A DNA stretch of 64,000 nucleotides, taken from IMG/VR virus record IMGVR_UViG_3300033075_001053, positions 1 through 64,000 of that record. The stretch is one strand, 5' to 3'. The position numbers and the translations under genes were made by a program. Positions 25,740 to 36,254 of the stretch are shown piece after piece (positions within the stretch are counted from its first letter, which is position 1; each line of letters begins with the position of its first letter). The notes under the pieces were generated by a model. That model was not told the DNA's origin. It saw nothing but the letters and a program-made list of their open reading frames with translations, and did not search any database. This DNA comes from a virus. Taxonomy: Duplodnaviria; Caudoviricetes.

Positions 25740-27698
25740 ATGAACAACATTGAGTTTGATATATCAACGCCTAAGTATGCAACTGAGTCAAAGCGGCTGG
25801 ATGCCAGAGTTTCCAGTCGTGTCTTGCGTGACCTCGATACGGTCTACCCGCACTTCGAACAACTGTGGCGACGTGCCAGACGCAACGTTCGCTATGTGGC
25901 CAATGACCAGTGGGATGAGGTAGAAAAGGCTGCACTGCGACGTCAGCGACGGTACCCGTTTGTGTGGAATAAAATCAAACCCATTGTTGACTCTCTTTGT
26001 GGGACTCAGGTGCAGACCCGAATGGATGTCCACGTACTACCGGTTGAAATGGGAGATGAAAAGGACGCTGCGCTTCTCAACCGATTGGTTAAGTGGGCAG
26101 AGCAGATTAATAATTTGCCCGACATTGAAGCTCAGGTATTTGAAAATGGAGTTATTCAAGGGCTTGGTGTTACTCAGGTTCGTTGGGTGTTTGAGGACTT
26201 TGAATCCGGATATCCAAAGATTGAGCGCCTTCCAATGAATCAGTTTGTGTGGGACCTTAACGCCACGCAAATGAGTCTGGAGGACGCCCGTTGGCAAGCG
26301 AGAATAATTCCAATGATGCGTCTTGATGCGATTGAGTTGTTGCCTCAGTATAAGAATATCATTAACGAATCTCCACTGGTGGGAGAGCGATATGGTATTT
26401 GGGAGAATCTGACGAAAGCTCAGAGAGATATGAATACTACTCAGCACCGAGACTTTGATCGTAATCTGATCTTTCTGACAGAGCATTACGAGAAGAAGAG
26501 AGTGGTGAAGTATTTGGTCGTCGACACACTCAATGACAGCCAGGATGTGTTTGAAGCAAAGCTTGATGCCGAAGCGTTCTTAGAAGGATTGTTGGCCGTT
26601 CATACAAACAACGGCGATCCGCTGACCGACACCGAAGGCAATGAGACGGTTTTCATGCAGCCACTACAACAGGATGTTTTTGTTCAAACGATTCTTGTCG
26701 GCAACGACGCCGTTCAGCAGGTCACGACAGATCTTCCGTGCTTTCCGTACCAACCCTTCTTCTCTAACTTTATCGATGGGGAGTGCTGGGCGTATGTCGA
26801 TGGAATGATTTCTCCGCAGAAGTTCTTAAACAGAATGATCTCAGAGCAAGACAACCTTATCGCTCGTGGCAACAAGCAACTTATGACGGTGATTGAAGGT
26901 CTGTTGCCAAAGGGATGGGACGCTGCCCGTGTGCAAAGAGAGCGCGGAGTTCCCGGAAAGGTCATCCCTATTCAGCGCGATGGAGCTATCAATGCAATTG
27001 ATCACAAGCCAATCCCCTTTGAGTACGGGCAACTGGCCGCCTCTACCGCGCAGCACATCTTGGAGATGGGTGGCGGGGCCAACATCATGGGACTTCAGGA
27101 GAACGCCGCCGAATCCGGAAAGACCGTCAAGGCTCGGCAGGCTGCCGCCGGTCTATCGCGGGTAAAACTTTTTGCCAACCTTCGTTCATGGAGAAAGCAA
27201 GTAACCGAGATGATGCTTTGGCAGATGAAGGAGTACTTGAACGACCGTCAGATTATCCGAGTAGTCGGGACGGATCAGGACGTGAACTACTACAAACTCA
27301 AGAAAGACGATCTGGACAGAATTAAGGATATGCGAACCGATATTTCCATTGAGCCAACGGTGGAGTCGGATATCGCCCGTGAGGAGACGTACAATCAAAT
27401 CCTCCAATTCCTGCAGACCGGCGCTGGCGCGGCTCTGGATCCAATGACGCAAACGATGTTACTCCTGGAGTCTAACCCGTCGATGCCGCGAGAGATCAAG
27501 AACAAAATCATTAGCATGAGTCAGCAATTCCAAGCATTCCAGCAATGGCAATCCGAGCAGTCTAAGATTCAGAAGAACGTTCAATCCGTCGAGCAGACGC
27601 TTGAGAAGAGTGGTATTAAAGGTATGATGGAAGGCGCCATTGCTCAGTATGTAGGGACAATGAATACGGTGGCCGAGCCACAAGAAGAACCTGTGTAA
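25740..27698 (+). CDS. portal protein (P22-like)
   Basis: Follows TerL; DQW..E.K..L....R.PF..NKIKP.VD...G pattern; 652 aa. Confidence 0.9.
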   Translation: MNNIEFDISTPKYATESKRLDARVSSRVLRDLDTVYPHFEQLWRRARRNVRYVANDQWDEVEKAALRRQRRYPFVWNKIKPIVDSLCGTQVQTRMDVHVLPVEMGDEKDAALLNRLVKWAEQINNLPDIEAQVFENGVIQGLGVTQVRWVFEDFESGYPKIERLPMNQFVWDLNATQMSLEDARWQARIIPMMRLDAIELLPQYKNIINESPLVGERYGIWENLTKAQRDMNTTQHRDFDRNLIFLTEHYEKKRVVKYLVVDTLNDSQDVFEAKLDAEAFLEGLLAVHTNNGDPLTDTEGNETVFMQPLQQDVFVQTILVGNDAVQQVTTDLPCFPYQPFFSNFIDGECWAYVDGMISPQKFLNRMISEQDNLIARGNKQLMTVIEGLLPKGWDAARVQRERGVPGKVIPIQRDGAINAIDHKPIPFEYGQLAASTAQHILEMGGGANIMGLQENAAESGKTVKARQAAAGLSRVKLFANLRSWRKQVTEMMLWQMKEYLNDRQIIRVVGTDQDVNYYKLKKDDLDRIKDMRTDISIEPTVESDIAREETYNQILQFLQTGAGAALDPMTQTMLLLESNPSMPREIKNKIISMSQQFQAFQQWQSEQSKIQKNVQSVEQTLEKSGIKGMMEGAIAQYVGTMNTVAEPQEEPV

Positions 27699-27765
27699 AA
27701 TTTTTTGTTATACATCCTTAGTGTTTTCAATAATTTGCATCTAACACTTAACAAGGGAACCATTT

Positions 27766-28677
27766 ATGAGTGACACAACACTTCCGCCGGTCGAGGATCT
27801 TGTAGCAGATCCCGGGTTGCCGGTAGAAATACCAACGGATACTGTTGACGATCAACAAGATCCGCCGATTGAGCCAGTAGCCGATCCGGTTGAAGATGCT
27901 TTTATCGTCGATTACCAAGGCCGTGAGGTCGAAGTATCAGTAAACGATCTGCCTGAGCTCATCGCCTTGCGCGAGAACCGGGCGGCAGAATTGGCTTCTC
28001 TGGAAGCCGAACGTAATGAAGTGCTGAAATACAAAGACTTGCTGAATTTCATTAACAACGACGACTTTGCCCAACGGGTACTCAGTTATCGAATGGACCA
28101 AGGCAACGACCCAAGAAAGATTGCGGAGTTTTTGTATAACCACTACACCAAAGAACCTGAAATGGACCCGAACGAACTTCCAGAAGTCCGCGAAGTAAAG
28201 ACGCAACTTTCTCAGCTCGAGAAGAAACTGCAGGCGCAAGAACAGGCCTCAGCGATTCAGGCGATGACCAACGAAAACTCACGAGTGATCAACGAAGCTT
28301 GGAATGGCCTCGGTCTGGCAGCGAAAGAAGGCGACTATCCGAAGGTTGTGGAGGCCATCAACGCCGTTGGTTCAAGACTCTACAATGTTCCGAACTTCAA
28401 CATTGCTTCTGTCAGACTAAACAAGGATATGGTCGAGGCGATTCTGGAGCGAGCACAAAAGGCTTACCCGGGTCTGATTCAGACCGCCAATCCGAGTCAA
28501 GTCAAGAACAACGCGGTTCCTGGCGTTCGCCGGGTTCTCAAGCAAAAGTCACCGGTTCAACAACTCCCCGGCTCTGCTGGTGGAGGAGCCAACAGGGTCG
28601 CACCTGCTGATAATACGCCCGTAGAAGCGTATTCACCGCGGGCAGCCCGAGAGAAGTACGCAAAAATCTTTGGATGA
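27766..28677 (+). CDS. capsid scaffolding protein
   Basis: Between portal and MCP; acidic Pro-rich N-terminus, coiled coil, basic C-terminus. Confidence 0.75.
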   Translation: MSDTTLPPVEDLVADPGLPVEIPTDTVDDQQDPPIEPVADPVEDAFIVDYQGREVEVSVNDLPELIALRENRAAELASLEAERNEVLKYKDLLNFINNDDFAQRVLSYRMDQGNDPRKIAEFLYNHYTKEPEMDPNELPEVREVKTQLSQLEKKLQAQEQASAIQAMTNENSRVINEAWNGLGLAAKEGDYPKVVEAINAVGSRLYNVPNFNIASVRLNKDMVEAILERAQKAYPGLIQTANPSQVKNNAVPGVRRVLKQKSPVQQLPGSAGGGANRVAPADNTPVEAYSPRAAREKYAKIFG

Positions 28678-28741
28678 TCTACTTGTAGCGGGTTAGAGAA
28701 AGAATCCAAACTCCATGTAATAAACTTTTGAGGATATTCCT

Positions 28742-30043
28742 ATGCCAAGTACAGGATCAACCACCAGATTAGGGACGCGGACAACGCAGAACCATAATCC
28801 GCAAGATCTACTTCCGGATGTCGACGAAATGCTTCGTCGCGTAGATCCTACTTTGCTGCAGTTTACGACTCTGCTCGACAAAATGCCGAAAGGCAAAAAG
28901 CCCCGCACGAATCGTATCGACTGTCGCGAGTACCGTCCCTTCGACTACCTCGACCAGATTACTGGTATGACGGTAGGCATTAGTGGTAACAATGAAACCC
29001 GCTATGCGAACATTACCGTCGCGCAGCGCTCGCTCATCGCGACCACTCCAACCGACATGATTTACCAACCGGGCGACCGTCTCGTTATTGTCGAGACCGG
29101 CCAGGTTGTTGAAGTCATGGCGACTCCGACTGAGAACATCAGCGGCCTTCCTTCCTTCTCTGCCGCCCTTGTTGGCAACGGCACCCAGCTCCCGAACCCG
29201 GGGCACATCATTGTTCGCAACATCCAGCCTGTTGCAATTATCGATCTTTCCAGCGCTCTTCCATGCTTCTTGAAGTTCATGGGTCACGGCTTCTATGAAG
29301 GTCAGCCGATGGAGTCAAAGTCATGGATGCGCGATCCTGTGTACAATTACAACTGGCTCGGCAACACCGAAAAGGTTATTGAGTACACGGAGGAAGAGAC
29401 AGATCTGATCATGACCCGCGGGTCAATCAGAGACATTGACTTCCAGAAGGAAGAATCCTATCAGGAAATCAAGACCGACGTTGAACTCATGCACATGGAC
29501 GGCAAGGGTGCTTTTGATGCGGTTGTTCGCAACAAGCCCAAGCTGCACATGCGCGGACTTCTGGACTTTGTAAACACGAACCAAATGGTTTACAATCCTC
29601 TGGCAGCCAACCTCAACTTCGAGCAATTGATTCGTACGTGGATGACCAACCAACTTTTCCGCTACTGTCCCGATGGTATGCGTAAGCTGGTTCTGGTCGG
29701 CGAACGTCTTTCTGATGCGTTTATGCAAGTGTTTGATGTCTATCGCCGCAAGGATATTTCCGGTGGACAGCAAGCGAATCTTGCGGGTGTGAGCTTTACG
29801 TCGTATGAATTTAACGGTCGCGTGATCGACCTTCTGACATATCGTCACTTCCGGATTGAAACCCCTCAGGCATGGTGGGCACTTGGCGTCAATCTGCCAC
29901 AGATTGAAGCTCGTCCGCACACCGAGTATCGCTTCCGCGATGCGACGCTTGCTGATCAACGTATCATCAAGCACGTCATCGAGTGGAAGGGTTCAATGGC
30001 TGTTCACCTGGAAGAAACACACGCATTACTTCGTACTGCATAA
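28742..30043 (+). CDS. major capsid protein (HK97 fold, SU10/DUF5309-like)
   Basis: Position; EIKTDVELMHMDG...MRGLLDFVNT and VIEWKGSMAVHLEETHALL motifs. Confidence 0.85.
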   Translation: MPSTGSTTRLGTRTTQNHNPQDLLPDVDEMLRRVDPTLLQFTTLLDKMPKGKKPRTNRIDCREYRPFDYLDQITGMTVGISGNNETRYANITVAQRSLIATTPTDMIYQPGDRLVIVETGQVVEVMATPTENISGLPSFSAALVGNGTQLPNPGHIIVRNIQPVAIIDLSSALPCFLKFMGHGFYEGQPMESKSWMRDPVYNYNWLGNTEKVIEYTEEETDLIMTRGSIRDIDFQKEESYQEIKTDVELMHMDGKGAFDAVVRNKPKLHMRGLLDFVNTNQMVYNPLAANLNFEQLIRTWMTNQLFRYCPDGMRKLVLVGERLSDAFMQVFDVYRRKDISGGQQANLAGVSFTSYEFNGRVIDLLTYRHFRIETPQAWWALGVNLPQIEARPHTEYRFRDATLADQRIIKHVIEWKGSMAVHLEETHALLRTA

Positions 30044-30057
30044 CAAGGAGAACATTC

Positions 30058-30609
30058 ATGAGATACATTAGTAAAAATCAAGACTTCACACTCTTGTTCG
30101 ACACCGGGGATGTTACGCCTCCGGTTAACGATCCGCAACCAAAGGCGGCATATAAGTTCTTCCGAGGAGAGCTTATTGTCGGCGACCCAACCACAGACGG
30201 CGGTAACGACGAGATCGATTTTGACGCGCTCATGACGATCATCCCGACCGCTTCTGGTAACGACAGTAAGGGTCTGAACTCTTACTTCTGGGAAGCCCCG
30301 TACTTGGATGAGAACGGAACTCTCGAAGTTGGCAAGTACTACAAGGTTATTCTTGCTCCAGTTACCTACGACAGCAATGAGCTGGAGGAGCACGATGTAT
30401 TCCTTTGCGTATCCGGCACGACCAGCTTTACCGGTAGCGGTACGGTTGCTCTCGAGCTCGATCCGGTGTACTGGCCAACCATAGAGTTGAACCAACGTGC
30501 CAATGCTTACCGTCTGGCCAATCTTTCGTCGGCTCAAGACGAGGCATCATGGAACGACAAGACCTGGCAACAGGACCTCCCGTCGGATCCATACGGCTGG
30601 ACTCGATAA
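30058..30609 (+). CDS. probable capsid accessory protein
   Basis: ATG at 30058 with AAGGAG RBS directly after the MCP gene. Confidence 0.6.
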   Translation: MRYISKNQDFTLLFDTGDVTPPVNDPQPKAAYKFFRGELIVGDPTTDGGNDEIDFDALMTIIPTASGNDSKGLNSYFWEAPYLDENGTLEVGKYYKVILAPVTYDSNELEEHDVFLCVSGTTSFTGSGTVALELDPVYWPTIELNQRANAYRLANLSSAQDEASWNDKTWQQDLPSDPYGWTR

Positions 30610-30620
30610 CATATACCAAC

Positions 30621-30665
30621 GGGCCGGGTTCGCTTTTCCCAGATCCCCGGCCCTGAGGTTTTATT
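30621..30665 (+). terminator. GC-rich hairpin, possible terminator
   Basis: GGGCCGGG/CCCGGCCC stem, 17-nt loop, T-rich tail. Confidence 0.45.
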
Positions 30666-30685
30666 CATAACCATAGGAACCAGTT

Positions 30686-31282
30686 ATGCCTCCACGTAAA
30701 AAGTCGGTAGCTGAACAAATGCTTCAGCCAGATCCGGTGCTCCTCAATCCTGAGCACTATGACGACGCCCTAACCTATACTTCCGAAAAGTCCGTTGTTG
30801 CAAAAGAGGCGGTCGCAACTGCGGAGTATTCGAATCTGATTGAGAAGGGCGACAAGATTTTGACAGAGTCGGTGTTGGACGCCGATGATGATGCAGCCAA
30901 GCTGTATGAGCTTGAAGAAAAGATGCGAGCATCTGATCGCTCGGTTACGTTTGTCTCGGCCAACCGCGGTCTTCACGTAATGGCAGAGATCATACGCCGC
31001 AATCACAGAAACGAAGTTGTGCGTGTCAGTAAGGTCATTGAGTTCAGAGGTGGTCTTGCCACAATTACTGATCCCTATGAAATTACTGCGATGCGAAAGC
31101 ACAAGTCATTTGGTGGTGATGGTTCGAAAGACCCTGATGTATCTCCCAACGGGGGAGAGCCGCTGTTCTGGGAGAATGCTTTCCCGAAGTGGAAGGCAGA
31201 GATGATCAAGCAGCACGAGGCTCAACTTCGATCAACCCGATGGGAGCCGCCGGAATACGATAGTATTTCAGCTACGGTGTAG
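30686..31282 (+). CDS. hypothetical protein (head module)
   Basis: 198-aa ORF. Confidence 0.7.
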   Translation: MPPRKKSVAEQMLQPDPVLLNPEHYDDALTYTSEKSVVAKEAVATAEYSNLIEKGDKILTESVLDADDDAAKLYELEEKMRASDRSVTFVSANRGLHVMAEIIRRNHRNEVVRVSKVIEFRGGLATITDPYEITAMRKHKSFGGDGSKDPDVSPNGGEPLFWENAFPKWKAEMIKQHEAQLRSTRWEPPEYDSISATV

Positions 31283-31304
31283 TGTTGCAGTACTCTGTAA
31301 CAAT

Positions 31305-31333
31305 AAGGGCTGCTAAAAGGTGGCCTTTTTTAT
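31305..31333 (+). terminator. rho-independent terminator
   Basis: AGGGCTGC/GTGGCCTT stem with G-U pairs followed by a T-run. Confidence 0.65.
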
Positions 31334-31351
31334 TATAGAAAAGGAGGAGGC

Positions 31352-31618
31352 ATGTCGGAGCTTATTACGCCATTGGCGCAATACGGAGCACTTGGGATAC
31401 TGTCTGGGATACTGGTGTTCTTTTTGATTAAGATTGACAAGAATCACCGTGAGGACAGAAAAGAAGCGATGTTGATGGTGCAAAAGCAATATGAAAAGAT
31501 GAACGAGAATCAAGAGTCACACCACAAGTTGCTCAAAGAAATGGATGAACGGCGCCATAAAGAAACGCTGGATTTGACGGAGGTGCTGTCAGACATTAAA
31601 CACTTGATACGACAATGA
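31352..31618 (+). CDS. holin-like membrane protein
   Basis: Single N-terminal TM (QYGALGILSGILVFFLI) plus coiled coil; AGGAGG RBS. Confidence 0.6.
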   Translation: MSELITPLAQYGALGILSGILVFFLIKIDKNHREDRKEAMLMVQKQYEKMNENQESHHKLLKEMDERRHKETLDLTEVLSDIKHLIRQ

Positions 31619-31899
31619 GCTATGTTTTTGCAATTGGTATTTACGGCGTGTTGTTCGTCTGTTCGTGTTTTTTGACTTATGGGTTTTGGAAGTCAAAGAA
31701 CGGTCATTTGCGGAAGCTTTTGATTGCGCTCTTTGCTTCAACGGCTTGGCGATGCTTTGTAGAGTTCACTCAGTACTTCTGGCTTATGCAGGGCCGTCAA
31801 CTCTTGGACTGGAATACGCACAGAATTCTTGCGAATGTTCCGCTTGTAGTTACCATGTTCATTTTTTTAGTCTACGTATTGGAGAGAGACAATGAATGA
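31615..31899 (+). CDS. membrane protein (about 3 TM), lysis cassette
   Basis: Three hydrophobic segments. Confidence 0.6.
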   Translation: MSYVFAIGIYGVLFVCSCFLTYGFWKSKNGHLRKLLIALFASTAWRCFVEFTQYFWLMQGRQLLDWNTHRILANVPLVVTMFIFLVYVLERDNE

Positions 31900-32212
31900 A
31901 ACAGACTTCGAGTACGGGCATCATGTTCTCATTAATGTGGTTTTGTCGTTTCTTGCAGTGGTTGTGGTGGATATGAACCATTGGATCAACTATCAGTTTG
32001 TGTCGATCATGTGGTTCATCCCGTCATTTGGGATGACGATGCTTTGGTATGTAGACAAATACATTCTTAAAAGCTCAAACACCTATGTTGAAATCGTTGT
32101 CAACAGGAATGTGGCCTATGCTATCTGGATGCTTTGCTTCACGCTTCTTATTGTCATTGGGGTTGCTGCTGCTTTCATGCTCTATTTCAGCCTCAAGACA
32201 GGAAGTGCCTAA
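31892..32212 (+). CDS. membrane protein (about 3 TM), holin candidate
   Basis: Three hydrophobic segments; directly upstream of the endolysin. Confidence 0.6.
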   Translation: MNETDFEYGHHVLINVVLSFLAVVVVDMNHWINYQFVSIMWFIPSFGMTMLWYVDKYILKSSNTYVEIVVNRNVAYAIWMLCFTLLIVIGVAAAFMLYFSLKTGSA

Positions 32213-32684
32213 GCACTTGTGGATCATGCGTGGATGGGTTGGCTTGCGGGAGCACGGGCAGAACAGAGGCTACCCATTCGACGAATCCAATAAGTTCGTC
32301 GGCAACCCTCCGGGGGCGCCGTGCTGCGCTTCCGTTGGATCGAGAGCTTTGTACCTCGGCGGGCGGTTAAAGCCGAAGTCGGGACTGGCTCGGAACATGC
32401 GGACGCAGGAAACTTTTTCAGCATGGGATGTCATCAATGGGCGCAAGGAAATTTATGAGGGTGACGGACTTATCTGGCAGAAGGGCAAAACAGTTTTTGG
32501 GCACTTTGGATTCGCCGATGAACATTGGAAGAGATTTTCCGGGCGGACGGTTGAGGCCAATACTTCATCTGGAACAAGAGGCAGTCAATCGAATGGAGAT
32601 GGAATTTATCGTAGGACGAGAGCGATTTCCCCTACGGCGTATTTCAGAATTGTAGCGGTAACGCCACTGCATGAAAAACATTAA
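32205..32684 (+). CDS. endolysin, CHAP-like peptidoglycan hydrolase
   Basis: VGLREHGQNRG, PCCAS (catalytic Cys), GHFG (His), TVEANTS; GTG start at 32205 chosen. Confidence 0.75.
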   Translation: MPKHLWIMRGWVGLREHGQNRGYPFDESNKFVGNPPGAPCCASVGSRALYLGGRLKPKSGLARNMRTQETFSAWDVINGRKEIYEGDGLIWQKGKTVFGHFGFADEHWKRFSGRTVEANTSSGTRGSQSNGDGIYRRTRAISPTAYFRIVAVTPLHEKH

Positions 32685-32982
32685 TCGAGATACCGCCCTT
32701 CTAATAGTCGTTGCAATGGCGTTTACCTTTGCTATGTCGTCATGGTTGCAGAACTGCAAGCAAGACGAGATGGGAGTTGAGCTGGCAATGCTGCAAAGAT
32801 CCATTGAGATTCGTGACAGCGTTCACGCGGAGAACCGTCGGCAGGATTCGATCTTGATTGACTCTATCAAGAACATCAAAGCGGCGGCGACCTACTACCG
32901 CGAGAAGCAACGTCATCCGAAAGTTGACTCAGTAAGAAGTGGTGCAAAGAAGATTCTCATTGATATGTTTATCCCGCAATGA
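32671..32982 (+). CDS. spanin-like protein (N-terminal TM, coiled coil)
   Basis: Follows the endolysin; single TM then helical domain. Confidence 0.55.
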   Translation: MKNINRDTALLIVVAMAFTFAMSSWLQNCKQDEMGVELAMLQRSIEIRDSVHAENRRQDSILIDSIKNIKAAATYYREKQRHPKVDSVRSGAKKILIDMFIPQ

Positions 32983-33329
32983 AGTATCTGGTTATCATAT
33001 TGGCTCTGTCCTTCTCTGCACTGGCGCAGGATACGTGCTTTACCAAAGCGCAGCTTGACGCAATCGCAACCGGGGCGCTGGCTCTTAAGTGGAAGTATAC
33101 CTACTGTGACTCGGCCAGCGTGAAGGACAGTATCACAATTGCTCTGCAGGACTCGTTGCTCAAAAAGCGACTTGATGACATTAAACTTCTCGAGCAACAA
33201 AGGGTGGATGAGGCCAAAGCTCATGCCATCATTGTCAAGAAGTTAGAGGCGCAGCGTAGTACGTTCTGGGATAAGCTCCTATATGCCTTGGCCGGATTCG
33301 GTGCAGGGTATATTATTATTCACAAATAG
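32979..33329 (+). CDS. spanin-like protein (signal peptide, C-terminal TM)
   Basis: MKYLVIILALSFSALAQ signal; C-terminal hydrophobic helix. Confidence 0.55.
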   Translation: MKYLVIILALSFSALAQDTCFTKAQLDAIATGALALKWKYTYCDSASVKDSITIALQDSLLKKRLDDIKLLEQQRVDEAKAHAIIVKKLEAQRSTFWDKLLYALAGFGAGYIIIHK

Positions 33330-33337
33330 GGAGAGTT

Positions 33338-33886
33338 ATGAAGTATTTGGCCATGCTATTGTGTTGTGTTACACTTAGCGCACAAGGAAAGGCTATTACC
33401 GAGCTTGGGATTACCTTTCCAATTAAAAGCAGCGTGATCAAGAACTACGTTTCGACTAACGGGGTCAGCGCACTTCCACTGACCTCAGGATATTCGAGTG
33501 GAGTGGAGATTGGCCGGCACGGCGTCATCTCAAATCAGGCGACGGTTGGTGTCTTGGCCAATGCCAATATGTTCCTTGCCTCTGACTCTACGTGGATGAA
33601 TCAGATATATCAATTGGATGTCTTCTTGACCGGTAGACTGTACTTCGATGAATCCTGGAGGGGAGGCGTTTACGCAGAACTTGGCGCAGGCCCGGAGTTT
33701 TCTGCAGCGAAATTCAAAGGTGCTCCACTTGTGTATCAGATCAACATTGGAGCCCGGTTTGGTGTAGGATATAATTACAAATTCACAGATGATGTAACAA
33801 TAGGAATCGCGCTTGTGGCCGCCCCATCTCTGACCATGTCTGATTTCATGGATGGAGTGAAGGTGAGAGCAAGTATGCTTTGGTAG
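33338..33886 (+). CDS. outer-membrane beta-barrel protein (about 8 strands)
   Basis: Signal peptide, alternating amphipathic strands (GVYAELGAG, RFGVGYNY), terminal Trp. Confidence 0.7.
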   Translation: MKYLAMLLCCVTLSAQGKAITELGITFPIKSSVIKNYVSTNGVSALPLTSGYSSGVEIGRHGVISNQATVGVLANANMFLASDSTWMNQIYQLDVFLTGRLYFDESWRGGVYAELGAGPEFSAAKFKGAPLVYQINIGARFGVGYNYKFTDDVTIGIALVAAPSLTMSDFMDGVKVRASMLW

Positions 33887-33954
33887 TCATACCCGCTACA
33901 AGGTATGGTCCGCCGCACTGAGCATGGTTCCTGTAAGGTGCGGCAATTTTTACA

Positions 33955-34350
33955 ATGAAACACTTCAACGCCACAGCCGACACAACAATAAGCACTGGAT
34001 CCGGTGTTCTACTTGGCCGTCGCTGGGCGCCCCCCGGATACATTATTCCTACCGCTGCCGGGGTTGTCAATGATGATTACACAGAAATCCGAATCGAGTC
34101 CGAAAACGGTCTTGATTGGGAGGTGACGGAGACCAGTATTACAGTCTCCGGTAGCGACGTGTACTACAATCGTGATGGTGATTTCATTACCTCTTCGACC
34201 GGTGATCGGATTAACTTTCGAGCGGGGACGAAGAAGATCATTTTTACTATCAGTGAGAAGTGGCTGAACAAGCCCGATTGGGATGATATCCTTCTTGATT
34301 CGAACGGAAACATTCTGATTGACTCTAACGAACTAATCCTTACCCGGTAA
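33955..34350 (+). CDS. tail-associated adaptor protein
   Basis: Beta-rich 131 aa with acidic C-terminal ILLDSNGNILID peptide. Confidence 0.55.
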   Translation: MKHFNATADTTISTGSGVLLGRRWAPPGYIIPTAAGVVNDDYTEIRIESENGLDWEVTETSITVSGSDVYYNRDGDFITSSTGDRINFRAGTKKIIFTISEKWLNKPDWDDILLDSNGNILIDSNELILTR

Positions 34351-36254
34351 TGCTACACGTTGTCTTTGAAACTGACGCCCCAACCACTGCCCCGACCGAG
34401 ATCGGGCAGCACTGGTTTGATGTAACAAACAAGAAGTCGTACATATCCGTTGGGACGGACGACGTGGACGACTGGAAGGAAACGACAAGCTCCGGAATTA
34501 CCGGATCCGAATATACTGGCAGCAATCTTGGTTCAGGTGTGGCCGTGTTCGCACAGTTAGATGGGACAGACTTTCAGTTTAGAACCATTGAGGCCGGGCC
34601 GAATATTGGAATTGAAGTTGTTGGCGACACGATTCTTATTTCTGGGACGGCGTCGGTTTCTGGAACGGTCTCTGGGACAGGGTCGGACGTAGGAGCGCTT
34701 GGAGTATTTGGTAACAACCCCTCATCAGAAGTCACAGCAGAGGGATGGGTAAAGGCAGACGGCAGCACGGTTGATGGGTCTCTATATCCCGATGCCGTTC
34801 GGCGCAGAGTTCTGACGATGTTAGACAGCGGAAGATGGGCGGCTAATCTTGCGACGACGACGTATGACTTGAATCGAGATAGATTTATTGCGTGCGATTA
34901 TCAAGAGAAGTTAGCTTATAGTGATGATCGCGGTCAGACATGGACTCTGCTTAATGAAGGTACTGTATACCTAAACGGGTTTAAGGTTATTGTTCTTCCG
35001 AATGGAGATTACCTTGCGGTTGGCTTCTCGGTTGAAGGTGACGGGAGATGCGCTATGTACTCTCTCGACGGAGGGGATAGCTGGTCGGAATGTGCGGCCT
35101 TTGATCCCACGGTTTATTTCCTTTCTTACCCTTCAAGTCATGTTATTATTGGTGACCAGCTTCTTGTTTGTGGTGTAGAGGGTAATATGGCCCGTGTTTT
35201 TTATTATGATATATCCGGGGGAGACTATACTGGAGCATGGACAAGTATAGCTTTGCCTGACTTCCCAAATGCACTTGCCGGACAGGCCAATGTTATTTTA
35301 TACGATGTTACTCATGCCAGGCTCATGGCTATAGGTCGAACCAACAGGAATTCTGGGGCATATTGGACCGCGCCAATCTCCGATATTACGGCATGGACAG
35401 CAGGCGACGATCCGTTAATTCAAGGAACTCCAGCAACTATTACGGTAAGTTGTACTGATAATTTTGTAGATGGAGAATCAATACAACTTTGGAATCCTCT
35501 TACGTTTATGGATTCACCGTCGGATCCGTTCCATGTTCAAATAGGAGCAACGCTCGAGGATACGCTAAATAATCTTGCCGCAATGATTCAAGACGGGATA
35601 CTATATGACAGTGGATTTTATACATCAACACACGACGCGACTTCAATAACGCTTGAGACGTGGAACGCCAGTTATGCTGAATCATATACAGGCATTACGG
35701 TCAATGCTGCAAACGCTACGGCAGGTCCAACTGTTGGTGGATCGGGTCCTTATGAGTTATATGATGCAGTATTTGACTTGAACCAGGGAGCAATTGTTAT
35801 TACAAATCTTAGATACAATCAAGCTCAAGATCGTAATTGGCTTGTAGTATATTATTCTACAGGATCAAGCTTTTCCTCTGTAGAAACACCGCAACTGATA
35901 GATGAGAATTATAGAGACAATGGCTTCTGGCTGGTTGATGGAAGATATTACTTTCGACTTAGAGACAATTCTGATTTGTTCCTAAAATTGACAAGTACAA
36001 CTTTTGGGAATTTTGATAACTGGACCGTTCATGATTTTGACTTTTTTAGTTATGCAGACCCAGATGCCGTTGACTCAGCTTATCCCATATCGCTCATGAA
36101 CACAGGATTAGAAAAGTATTTTTACGCATCTTATGGTAAGGGATTTGTTGCCGAGGATCTAACAGGATCATTCGAAGTGTTGCCTCATATTGGAGTGCCA
36201 GCAACGTATGGAGTCCCTAATATGGGCGGTAATTTTTACATTAAACTACTCTAA
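34350..36254 (+). CDS. receptor-binding protein with BNR/Asp-box repeats
   Basis: YSDDRGQTW and YSLDGGDSW Asp-boxes; shared N-terminal anchor motif. Confidence 0.75.
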   Translation: MLHVVFETDAPTTAPTEIGQHWFDVTNKKSYISVGTDDVDDWKETTSSGITGSEYTGSNLGSGVAVFAQLDGTDFQFRTIEAGPNIGIEVVGDTILISGTASVSGTVSGTGSDVGALGVFGNNPSSEVTAEGWVKADGSTVDGSLYPDAVRRRVLTMLDSGRWAANLATTTYDLNRDRFIACDYQEKLAYSDDRGQTWTLLNEGTVYLNGFKVIVLPNGDYLAVGFSVEGDGRCAMYSLDGGDSWSECAAFDPTVYFLSYPSSHVIIGDQLLVCGVEGNMARVFYYDISGGDYTGAWTSIALPDFPNALAGQANVILYDVTHARLMAIGRTNRNSGAYWTAPISDITAWTAGDDPLIQGTPATITVSCTDNFVDGESIQLWNPLTFMDSPSDPFHVQIGATLEDTLNNLAAMIQDGILYDSGFYTSTHDATSITLETWNASYAESYTGITVNAANATAGPTVGGSGPYELYDAVFDLNQGAIVITNLRYNQAQDRNWLVVYYSTGSSFSSVETPQLIDENYRDNGFWLVDGRYYFRLRDNSDLFLKLTSTTFGNFDNWTVHDFDFFSYADPDAVDSAYPISLMNTGLEKYFYASYGKGFVAEDLTGSFEVLPHIGVPATYGVPNMGGNFYIKLL

